Assembly: GCF_000020385.1 (NCBI RefSeq)
Contig: NC_010814.1
Span: 2,820,001 to 2,852,000 of the forward strand
From: Trichlorobacter lovleyi SZ
GTDB lineage: Bacteria; Desulfobacterota; Desulfuromonadia; Geobacterales; Pseudopelobacteraceae
Length of the DNA stretch: 32,000 nucleotides
Direction of reading: 5' to 3'
This document shows, in pieces, positions 8,192 to 16,129 of this stretch (positions are counted from its first letter, which is position 1; each line of letters begins with the position of its first letter). Position numbers and translations under genes: made by a program. The notes beneath the pieces are model-generated. The model did not search any database. It was not told the DNA's origin and saw only the letters and a program-made list of their open reading frames with translations.

Positions 8192-9271
8192 CTAGGCTGC
8201 GTCAACGATCCTGATCCAGCCGTAACGATCATCCAGCTTGCCGGTCTGGATACCGGTCAGGGCATCATACAGTTTCTGGGTGATTGCGCCAACGCCACCG
8301 TCACCGACCTGCAACGCCTCATCCTTGTAGCCCAGCGTTCCCACCGGGGTCACCACGGCAGCAGTACCGCTGCCAAAGGCCTCAGTCACCTTGCCGTTGC
8401 GCAGGTCAGCAAACAGCTCATCCACATCAATCAACCGTTCCTCAACCGTGCAGCCAAGTTCAATCGCCAGCCGCAGCACCGATTCGCGGGTAATGCCGGA
8501 CAGGATCGAACCGGTCAGGGGAGCGGTGACAATATGATTACCGTAGGCAAAGAACATGTTCATGGCACCGACCTCTTCAATGTAGCGCCGTTCCTTGCCG
8601 TCCAGCCAGAGTACCTGATCAAAGCCCTTCTTCTTGGCTTCCAGACCGGCCTTAAGGGAAGATGCATAGTTACCGCCGGTCTTGGCATCACCGGTGCCGC
8701 CTGCAACGGAACGGACGTATTTGTCCTCCACCAGGATGCTGACCGGGTTGAAGCCGGCTGCGTAATAGGCCCCCACCGGAGAAAGGATCACAAAGAAGTA
8801 ATAGTGGTCGCCGGGCTTGACACCGAGGTAGGGGTCAACCGCAATCATGGCCGGACGGATATACATCGCGGTACCGGGTGCGGAGGGGATCCAGTCCTTT
8901 TCCAGCTCAACCAGTTTGTCGATGCCGTCCAGAAAGAGCTCTTCAGGCACTTCCGGCATGCACATCCGGCTGGCGGACTGATTGAAGCGCCGGGCGTTCA
9001 TCTCGGGACGGAACAGGGCGATCCGGCCATCATCCCATTTGTAGGCCTTGAGTCCCTCAAAGATCTCCTGGGCATAATGCAAGACCGTTGTAGCCGGATC
9101 CAGCATGAACGGCTCGTATGGCTTGATCCGGGCATTATGCCAGCCTTTGTCGGCAGTCCACTCGACCAGCAGCATCCGGTCGGTAAACAGCCTGCCAAAG
9201 CCAAGTTGTGTTTCATCAGCCACCTTCTGCTTCATCTGCTCAGGGGCCAAGGGAAGTACTTCGATCTGCAT
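8192..9271 (-). CDS. ilvE: Branched-chain amino acid aminotransferase (class IV, long form)
   Basis: Strong family resemblance throughout (FEGLKAY, MNARR, IRP, GGTGDAKTGGNYASSL, YIEEVGAMNMFF, GITR). I moved the start to ATG 9271 (MQIEVLPL) because an AGGAGG sits 7 nt upstream; the track start is 9301. Confidence 0.92.
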   Translation of the reverse strand: MQIEVLPLAPEQMKQKVADETQLGFGRLFTDRMLLVEWTADKGWHNARIKPYEPFMLDPATTVLHYAQEIFEGLKAYKWDDGRIALFRPEMNARRFNQSASRMCMPEVPEELFLDGIDKLVELEKDWIPSAPGTAMYIRPAMIAVDPYLGVKPGDHYYFFVILSPVGAYYAAGFNPVSILVEDKYVRSVAGGTGDAKTGGNYASSLKAGLEAKKKGFDQVLWLDGKERRYIEEVGAMNMFFAYGNHIVTAPLTGSILSGITRESVLRLAIELGCTVEERLIDVDELFADLRNGKVTEAFGSGTAAVVTPVGTLGYKDEALQVGDGGVGAITQKLYDALTGIQTGKLDDRYGWIRIVDAA

Positions 9272-9458
9272 CTGACACCTCCTGCAAAAATATCTGAACA
9301 AAAGAGGCGGCCCACGGCCGCCCTGTTCTTTTCATACTTACTGCCAGGCCGAAACAGTGTCAACCATTTCTTGGGGGCAAACCGGGGTAGAGAAATGGCG
9401 GCTGAAATTCCAGACACTGCTGCAGGCTGTTTTTTTGAGTCATTTGTAAAAAAATGTA

Positions 9459-9486
9459 GTCTGAGTGCTTGCAGACGGGAAAACTG
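9459..9486 (+). promoter_or_regulatory. Sigma70-type promoter candidate for the HU gene
   Basis: TTGCAG (9459-9464), 16-nt spacer, TGcTATCAT extended -10 (TATCAT at 9481-9486). It lies about 75 nt upstream of ATG 9562. Confidence 0.4.
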
Positions 9487-9561
9487 GTGCTATCATGCTC
9501 TACCAAGTAGTAACCGGTGCAGGAGACGTCCTGTCCCGTATCCAACCAAGGGGGTACCCAG

Positions 9562-9852
9562 ATGAAGAAGGCAGATCTCGTTGCAAAGATGGCAACCGAC
9601 GCAGGCATCACCAAGGCACAGGCCGAAAAGGCACTGGCCGCCTTCACCGCTGCTACTGAAGCAGCCCTGAAAGCTGGCGACAAGGTAACACTGGTAGGAT
9701 TTGGCACATTCAGTACCATCTCCCGCAAGGCCCGCACCGGCCGCAACCCCCAGACCGGCAAGGAGATCAAGATTGCAGCCAAGACATCGGCAAAGTTCTC
9801 ACCCGGCAAGGGGCTGAAAGATCTGAAGATCAAGGCAGCCAAGAAGAAGTAA
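9562..9852 (+). CDS. hup: HU family nucleoid DNA-binding protein with short Lys-rich C-terminal tail
   Basis: MKKADLVAKMA...GFGTFSTISRKARTGRNPQTGKEIKIAA is canonical HU/IHF. The start was moved to ATG 9562 (AGGGGG upstream) instead of the track start at 9517. The tail reads KDLKIKAAKKK. Confidence 0.9.
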   Translation: MKKADLVAKMATDAGITKAQAEKALAAFTAATEAALKAGDKVTLVGFGTFSTISRKARTGRNPQTGKEIKIAAKTSAKFSPGKGLKDLKIKAAKKK

Positions 9853-9870
9853 GCCTGCTTAAAGCTGTTA

Positions 9871-9900
9871 AAAAGCCCCGGTTCTCGGGGCTTTTCCTTT
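9871..9900. terminator. Bidirectional rho-independent terminator between convergent HU and SNF-transporter genes
   Basis: The sequence is AAAAGCCCCG-GTTCT-CGGGGCTTTT. A GC stem is flanked by an A-run on one side and a T-run on the other, so it reads as a terminator on both strands. Confidence 0.75.
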
Positions 9901-9954
9901 ATGCAGCAGACCTCAGCTTCTTTTTTAAGGGCAGAGGCCATGCACTCCGGCATA

Positions 9955-11319
9955 TCAAAACAGACCGATCTTGTTCAGCAGTACCAGCGCCACCAATACC
10001 GGCGAAATGTAGCGGATCAGAAAGAACCAGACCCGGTAGACCCCCTGGCTTCCCCCACCCTTTAACAGCTCTTCCCTGCCGACCTTGGGGGTCAGGACCC
10101 AGCCGGCAAACAGGGTGATCAACAGACCTCCCAACGGCAGAAGATAGTTGGTAGACAGAAAATCAACCGAATCCAGAAAGTTGCGTGCCCCGAGCAGATG
10201 CCAGTCTTTCAGAAGGTTATTGGAGAGGGCTGCAGGAACACCCAGCACAAAAATTAACACCCCTGCAATCAGGGTTGCCTTGGTGCGATCCCATTTAAGC
10301 TCATCACAGTAGTAAGCCACCACCACTTCCAGCAGGGATATGGCCGAGGTAAGGGCTGCAAACACCAGCAGCAGGAAAAACAGAATGGCGATCAGGGTGC
10401 CACCCGGCATCCGGCTGAACAGAATCGGCAGCGTCTTGAAAACCAGCCCGGGACCGGCAGCAGGGGCCATACCATAGCTGAATACAATCGGAAAGATGGC
10501 CAGACCGGCCAGCAGCGCCACCAGCGTATCCATAATCGAGACGGTAATGGCAACCCTGGGGATGCTTATCTCCTCATCAGCATAGCTGCCATAGGTCAAC
10601 ATCGCCCCCATCCCCAGGCTGAGACTGAAAAAGGCATGCCCCAATGCCTCCAGCATGGCAGGCGGATCCAGCTTGCTCCAATCCGGTGCAAACAGAAACT
10701 GAAACGCCTTGACACCACCTGAAGAAAAGAAGCCATAGCCTGCCAGCGCCACCAGGATCAGGAACAGTATCGGCATCATGATCTTGTTGGCTCTTTCCAG
10801 GCCGCTCTTGACGCCACCGATCACGATCAGCACCGTGGCAACCATAACGATGGCCTGCCAGAACAGTTGACTGCAATCACTTGCCAGCAGGTCGCCAAAC
10901 AGCTGGGGAACCTGAGCGGCATACTGCAAGGAAAAAGTCCCCTTCAACGCCAGCCAGAGATAGTCCACGGCCCATCCGGCCACCACACAGTAGTACGACA
11001 AAATGACAAACCCGGCCACCACCCCCATCCAGCCCACCAGTGTCCAGCCGCCGCCTCGCAGTCGTTTGAAGGCCCCCACCGGATCTTTGCGGGTATGCCT
11101 GCCGATAACCATCTCGGCCACCATCAGCGGCACACCAATGGTAACAATGCAGAAGAGATAGAACAGTACAAAGGCACCGCCACCATGCATACCGGTGATG
11201 TAGGGAAATTTCCAGATATTGCCCAGGCCGACAGCAGAGCCGGCTGCAGCCATGATGAACCCCAGACGGCTGGACCAGCGCCCGCGGAAATGCTGTGGAG
11301 GCTGTGGTTGATGACTCAT
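9955..11319 (-). CDS. Sodium-dependent transporter, neurotransmitter:sodium symporter (SNF) family
   Basis: N-terminal WSSRLGFIMAAAGSAVGLGNIWKFPY signature, with about 11-12 hydrophobic segments. Confidence 0.9.
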   Translation of the reverse strand: MSHQPQPPQHFRGRWSSRLGFIMAAAGSAVGLGNIWKFPYITGMHGGGAFVLFYLFCIVTIGVPLMVAEMVIGRHTRKDPVGAFKRLRGGGWTLVGWMGVVAGFVILSYYCVVAGWAVDYLWLALKGTFSLQYAAQVPQLFGDLLASDCSQLFWQAIVMVATVLIVIGGVKSGLERANKIMMPILFLILVALAGYGFFSSGGVKAFQFLFAPDWSKLDPPAMLEALGHAFFSLSLGMGAMLTYGSYADEEISIPRVAITVSIMDTLVALLAGLAIFPIVFSYGMAPAAGPGLVFKTLPILFSRMPGGTLIAILFFLLLVFAALTSAISLLEVVVAYYCDELKWDRTKATLIAGVLIFVLGVPAALSNNLLKDWHLLGARNFLDSVDFLSTNYLLPLGGLLITLFAGWVLTPKVGREELLKGGGSQGVYRVWFFLIRYISPVLVALVLLNKIGLF

Positions 11320-11355
11320 GGGACACCTCAGGATAAGATAAAAACAGCAGCGATC

Positions 11356-13317
11356 CTACCAGATGTACTCTTTGGCAAAGGCCCGTTTATCATGCCCGGA
11401 AAGCACATGCAACACCCGTAACTGCTTCAGCCGTACCGGCGAAAGCGACCCCAGCGGGATATAGACAATGGTCCGGCCGATCCTGGCGGCATGCTGTTTG
11501 AAAATGCTGCGTGGCGGCTTTGCCGCAACATAGACCACATTCCGTTCCGTTGAGTAATCCAGCGCAGCCAGCAGCAGTACCTCGGCCCTGCTGTCGGCAA
11601 AACGGTAGTCAGGGTCGCTCCAGACCTCCATCAGGCGACGGGGAGGATAGGAGAGCATGAAGCCGCCGTATTCACAGCGGCAGATCCCCGGCCCCACCAC
11701 ATTTGCAGCCGGATCAGTGGCATAGAAGGCCATATCCGACTCCTGGTCATGTTCACCGAGCCAGGTGGTCTGGTAGGGGTACTCACCACGTCTGCCTTCA
11801 CTGAAGATCATGACCACGCTGCCGACGCCCCCCTTGGCCCTGACCTGCTGCCGTACGTAGATAGCCCCTTCATGCATGTTCCGCAAGGTCTCACGCATGT
11901 CAATGCCGTCGAGCAGCGAGGTGGAGAACTTTTCACTGCGGGACTGTTCCTCCGACAGCTGCAGGCTCCCCTTTTGTTTGAGAAAGTTGCCGAAGTTCTC
12001 AATGGCAAGGTCTTCAGGGGGGTAGGAACAGATCGAAGGGTTGTCAAACCCCTCCAGCCATTCTCCGGGCCGTTTCTCCCGCTTGCGCTGCATCAAGCGC
12101 AGGCCGGAAAGTCCCTTTTTACGTTGCTGTCGCGGCCGGAACCGGATCTGGCGTTGTCCTCCCCACAGCTCTTCCGCCGAGATGCTGCGGTCAGGCAGAT
12201 CACTGTTTTCCTGTTGCCAGGGATAGCTGACGGCCAGGCGGCAGAAGGCATAGGCAAAGTTATCATCCAGACAGCCGCGGGCAGCCGCCAGCAGCTGGAA
12301 CAGATCCGGCAGCAGCATCTTGTCCAGCAGGGCGTAGTTGCGGGCAAAACGGAAGAAGGCCCGTTTCTGCCAGATATGCACCGGTTCGCCGGTTTCCTGT
12401 TTGTAATGGCGGGCCGCTTCGCTGAACAGGTGATAGATCATCCGCTGCCGGTCAGGAAAGCGGCCTGCTGCCCCAAGCTGGTGGGCCGAACGCCGGATAG
12501 CCGCATCCATCACCTCTGCCTCAGGCAGTTCCTGCCTGCCGCCGCTGATCAGTTCCAGTGCATGGAACTGCTTACGCAGCCCGTTGCCGCGCTCACGGGG
12601 CAGGTCCGGCAGCCCGTGTCTCCGGTATTCATAGACGGCTGACAGAAAGGGGAACTCAGCCAGCACCTCACCGCAGCACTCAGGATGCAGATTCCAGAGG
12701 GTTATCCCTTCCCGCTGCTTCCGCGCCATCGGGGCTGCCTGGGGCCGGTCATACAGCTCAGCCACCCGCTGCAGATGGGCCATACCGCAGACAAACAGAA
12801 TCCGCTGATGTTCCCGCCCGAGCTGCTGCAGGGCGTAGGCCATCCCCTGCTCACGGCGGCGGTCGGCATGGCAGGGGATCTCTGCTGCTGTTGCCTCACA
12901 AAAGGCCTGATAATAGGCAGCCAGACCTATGCGGGCAATGCTGTAGGAGTCTGGCAGCGCTTCACGGTGGCGGGGGTAGCGGTCAATATCCGGATCAACA
13001 AAATGCAGCGGAATCCCCAGCTCCATAGCCAGCCGCCCGGCCTCGACCAGGGGATCTGCAGGCTCGACAAGCAGATGAACCGACGACTCACGGCCATCGG
13101 CCTCTTTGACCGGATAGCTGACCAAACTGATCTGGGGCAGTCGTGCCAGGGCACGGCGGAAGGGGGCTGCAAGGGTTGGCGGCAGCTCAATGGCAATGGC
13201 ATCAGGGCGGATCTGCTGCACGGCCTGTCGAACCAGATGGGCAAACTCCATCCGGTAGTGCAACACCGGCAGCCCGGACACAGGACCAAAGTGATGAAGA
13301 AAGAGTCGTCGCGGCAT
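11356..13317 (-). CDS. 653-aa conserved-looking protein of unknown function (N-terminal TraB/ChaN-like, DUF5682-like by recollection)
   Basis: Long ORF whose start lies 2 nt after the stop of the upstream AAA+ gene. N-terminal motifs are LHHFGPVSG, PDAIAIELPP and FVCGMAHL. I found no Walker, MIDAS (DxSxS) or TM motif. The family assignment is from memory, not a search. Confidence 0.75.
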   Translation of the reverse strand: MPRRLFLHHFGPVSGLPVLHYRMEFAHLVRQAVQQIRPDAIAIELPPTLAAPFRRALARLPQISLVSYPVKEADGRESSVHLLVEPADPLVEAGRLAMELGIPLHFVDPDIDRYPRHREALPDSYSIARIGLAAYYQAFCEATAAEIPCHADRRREQGMAYALQQLGREHQRILFVCGMAHLQRVAELYDRPQAAPMARKQREGITLWNLHPECCGEVLAEFPFLSAVYEYRRHGLPDLPRERGNGLRKQFHALELISGGRQELPEAEVMDAAIRRSAHQLGAAGRFPDRQRMIYHLFSEAARHYKQETGEPVHIWQKRAFFRFARNYALLDKMLLPDLFQLLAAARGCLDDNFAYAFCRLAVSYPWQQENSDLPDRSISAEELWGGQRQIRFRPRQQRKKGLSGLRLMQRKREKRPGEWLEGFDNPSICSYPPEDLAIENFGNFLKQKGSLQLSEEQSRSEKFSTSLLDGIDMRETLRNMHEGAIYVRQQVRAKGGVGSVVMIFSEGRRGEYPYQTTWLGEHDQESDMAFYATDPAANVVGPGICRCEYGGFMLSYPPRRLMEVWSDPDYRFADSRAEVLLLAALDYSTERNVVYVAAKPPRSIFKQHAARIGRTIVYIPLGSLSPVRLKQLRVLHVLSGHDKRAFAKEYIW

Positions 13318-13319
13318 GG

Positions 13320-14138
13320 TCAGGAAAGGTACGGAAGCGCCTCGTCCCCCAGAATACGTTCAACCGCTGTTGCCAGCATCTCACGGGGGGGACAGTTGCT
13401 GACGGCAGACATCTTCAGGGCGTAGCGGGCGATATTGATGCCGTCCCGTACCGAATAGCGTTCATCCCTGGCATGGGCCTGCTGGAGAAAATCAACCACG
13501 TAACGCAGGATCTCCGGTTCTGCAAAGGGCAGGTTTTCCTTCAGGATCAGCAGCTCTTCGTCCGCCTCGGGAAAATCGATATAGATCTGGGGTTGCAGGC
13601 GGGAATGGATATACTCGGGGATCTCAAAGGTAGAGGCGTCCTCGTTCATGGTCACCACAATCCTGAAATCGCGGTGCGCCGGGATTCTGAGCCCGGTAAT
13701 CACCGACTCGACATAGCGGCGGTCATCCAGCAGGGGAGCCAGGGAGGCCCAGGATTTCTCGCTCATCCGGTTACCTTCATCCAGGATCAGCACCCCGCCG
13801 TTTACCATGGCAGACACCAGTGATGAGCCCACGTACTGAATGGTACCGCCCGGCCCGATCACCGGTGTCACAATCAGATCCTCCGGCCTGGTATCCATGG
13901 TGGCCTGAAACAGATAGACCGGCCTGTTCAGACTTCTGGCTGCTGCGTAGGCCAGGGTTGTCTTGCCTACCCCCGGCTTACCGATCAAGCGGGGATTAAA
14001 CGGGATGTCACGGGCCTCAAGCACCATCCAGGCTGCCAGCAGCTGGCGTAACAGCTCGTCCTGTCCGATCCAGTTCAGTGCCAGATCAACCGGCCTGGCC
14101 AGCGAAAGGGTGATACCATCTATGGTGGTCTGTTGCAT
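13320..14138 (-). CDS. MoxR/CbbQ/NorQ-class AAA+ ATPase (AAA_5-like), 272 aa
   Basis: Walker A IGKPGVGKTT, Walker B GGVLILDEGNR, sensor region RIVVTMNE, and a C-terminal helical lid. GGAG RBS lies 7 nt upstream. Confidence 0.9.
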   Translation of the reverse strand: MQQTTIDGITLSLARPVDLALNWIGQDELLRQLLAAWMVLEARDIPFNPRLIGKPGVGKTTLAYAAARSLNRPVYLFQATMDTRPEDLIVTPVIGPGGTIQYVGSSLVSAMVNGGVLILDEGNRMSEKSWASLAPLLDDRRYVESVITGLRIPAHRDFRIVVTMNEDASTFEIPEYIHSRLQPQIYIDFPEADEELLILKENLPFAEPEILRYVVDFLQQAHARDERYSVRDGINIARYALKMSAVSNCPPREMLATAVERILGDEALPYLS

Positions 14139-14162
14139 AGGGAGACTCCAACCTGGCTTGGA

Positions 14163-16097
14163 TTATTTTTTTGAAGAATTGTCCTTGAGAAGGTGCTTTC
14201 TGAAAAACGCCTCCATGGCGCCGTAAAACTCAAACTGGTTTTCCTCATTATGGAAACCATGTCCTTCGTTGTCCTTCACCAGATACTGCACCTCAACGCC
14301 ACGTTTTTTCAGGGCAGCCACCATCTGATCAGATTCATCCTTGTTCACCCGGGGATCATTGGCCCCCTGGGCAATGAACAGCGGTGTCCTGATCCTGGCA
14401 GCATGAAAGACCGGAGAGCTTGCCGTCAGCGCGGCTTTGTCCTTTTCCGGGTCCCCCACCATCTCATACATCATGGCCAGATACGGCTTCCAGTAGGGGG
14501 GAATGGTCTGCATAAAGGTAAACAGGTTGGCAACACCGACATAGTCAACCGCTGCAGCATAGAGATCCGGGGTAAAGGTCACCCCGGCCAGGGTGGCATA
14601 ACCGCCGTAGCTGCCGCCATAAATCCCTACCCGCTTGGGATCGGCAATCCCCTCCTTGATCAGCCAGGCAACCCCGTCCGTAATATCATCCTGCATGCTC
14701 CTGCCCCACTGTTTGAAGCTCTTTTCCCAGAAGGCCCTGCCGTAGCCGGTTGAACCGCGATAGTTCATCTGGAACACCGCAAAACCACGGTTGGCCAGAA
14801 ACTGGATTTCAGGGTTGTAGCCCCATGAATCCCGCACCCACGGCCCGCCGTGGGGGTTGACAATAACCGGCAGATTCTTGGCTTCACGGTTGAGCGGCAC
14901 CGTCAGATAGCCGTTGATGGTCAGCCCATCCCGTGTCCTGTAGGTTATTGGCTTCATACTGGCCATATCAGCCGGATTGAGGCGGGGATTGATCTCACCC
15001 AGCGGAGTCAGGGTATCGGTTTTAAGCGAGTAGACATAACGGGCACCCTGGGTACGGTCGTTGTAGGCCGCCACAACAAAGGTGTCTTCAGCACGGTTTT
15101 CGCTCTGCAGCGAGATCTCATAGCCGGGCAGTTTTTCCTGCAGCCTGGTGTAGATCGCCCTGGTTTCAGCATCAAAGAAATGGCGTTGGCTCTTCCAGGT
15201 GGTGAAACCTGCCTGCGTAATCAGTTTACGCTTGTGGGAATAGGATACCCCGTCAAGATCAACCTCAGGATGTTCAAAAAGCGGTTGTGATTCAGAGGCA
15301 TTGACTGGATCAAGCACTACCAGCGCGGTCTTGTCACGGCCACGGTTTGAAAGGGCATACAGTGACTTGTTGTCAAAGGTGAAAAACAGGGGCGAAACCG
15401 TGGTACGGAAGTCGGTGGTCAGGATGGTCTTGAAGGCATCCTTTTCAGAAGCCCGGTACAGCAGGCTGGTATTGACCCCGTCGGATGTTGAGGCCATCCG
15501 GACCTGGCCTGCATGGTCAGTGATCCAGCCGGTGATGTTACCGGGGTTCTGGGCCACCAGTTGAGCATCACCGGTCTTGACATTAACCCGGTACACGTCA
15601 AAAAACTGCGGATCACGTTTGTTATGCTGCACCAGAACATGCTCAGGATCATCCAGCAGGTCATCCACAATCGATGCGCGGATCCTGGGAAACGGGGTAA
15701 GATCCTTGACCGTACCGCTTTTCAGATCCACCGCCAGCAGGTGGTAATTCTCATCACCGCCAAAATCCTTCACATAGAGAATGGTATCATTCCCCTTCCA
15801 GAAAAAGCCTGCAATATCCCGCTCTGTCTCGGCAGTAAGCCGCTTTGCCGTGGCAAAGTCAGGTGCCTTGCCGTCTGGCGGCAGGGTAACCACATGCAGA
15901 TTCTGACGACGCTGGTACGGCTGCATGAACCCGAGGGTTTTCCCGTCATCGGACAGCCTGAAAACAGAACGTTCCGGCTTGCCGAAAAAGTCCTTCAGGT
16001 CATACTGTTTTACCCCCTGGCCGGCCATGGCCGGGCCGGTCAGGGCAGAAAGCATCAACAGATTGCAGACACCGGTTGTTACCAAAGACTGCTTCAT
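14163..16097 (-). CDS. Secreted S9 family serine peptidase (prolyl oligopeptidase / dipeptidyl-peptidase type: beta-propeller + alpha/beta hydrolase)
   Basis: Signal peptide MKQSLVTTGVCNLLMLSALTGPAMA. Nucleophile elbow GGSYGGY, downstream GANDPRV and EGHGF (catalytic Asp and His contexts). The N-terminal ~400 aa look propeller-like. Confidence 0.9.
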   Translation of the reverse strand: MKQSLVTTGVCNLLMLSALTGPAMAGQGVKQYDLKDFFGKPERSVFRLSDDGKTLGFMQPYQRRQNLHVVTLPPDGKAPDFATAKRLTAETERDIAGFFWKGNDTILYVKDFGGDENYHLLAVDLKSGTVKDLTPFPRIRASIVDDLLDDPEHVLVQHNKRDPQFFDVYRVNVKTGDAQLVAQNPGNITGWITDHAGQVRMASTSDGVNTSLLYRASEKDAFKTILTTDFRTTVSPLFFTFDNKSLYALSNRGRDKTALVVLDPVNASESQPLFEHPEVDLDGVSYSHKRKLITQAGFTTWKSQRHFFDAETRAIYTRLQEKLPGYEISLQSENRAEDTFVVAAYNDRTQGARYVYSLKTDTLTPLGEINPRLNPADMASMKPITYRTRDGLTINGYLTVPLNREAKNLPVIVNPHGGPWVRDSWGYNPEIQFLANRGFAVFQMNYRGSTGYGRAFWEKSFKQWGRSMQDDITDGVAWLIKEGIADPKRVGIYGGSYGGYATLAGVTFTPDLYAAAVDYVGVANLFTFMQTIPPYWKPYLAMMYEMVGDPEKDKAALTASSPVFHAARIRTPLFIAQGANDPRVNKDESDQMVAALKKRGVEVQYLVKDNEGHGFHNEENQFEFYGAMEAFFRKHLLKDNSSKK

Positions 16098-16129
16098 TAT
16101 AAAACCCCTTTAAGATCGAACTATCTCTG

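Noticed and set aside
9373-9430. GGCAAACC...GAAA string reminiscent of the start of a GEMM-I c-di-GMP riboswitch, upstream of the HU gene.
   Set aside because: The conserved GGGACGCAAAGCC core and the second hairpin/receptor are absent, and no consistent P1/P2 pairing could be drawn.
8111-9565. 484-aa ORF on the + strand. Similar long antisense ORFs occur at 372..1202(-), 4297..5163(-), 11749..12642(+), 16175..17644(+), 21327..22187(+), 24316..25263(-), 26518..27540(-) and 28755..29408(-).
   Set aside because: Each lies fully opposite a gene with strong family motifs (ilvE, kinase, DGC, unknown protein, permease, hcp, narG, narH). Their translations are Arg/Gly/Pro/Ala/His-rich low-complexity sequence with no motifs. 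These are the typical shadow ORFs of GC-rich DNA.
11356-13317. Looked for a VWA/MIDAS motif, TM segments, or protease or nuclease catalytic motifs in the 653-aa protein that would make it a standard MoxR partner.
   Set aside because: None were found by eye, so the product is left as unknown rather than called a VWA protein. This is a negative result from visual inspection only.
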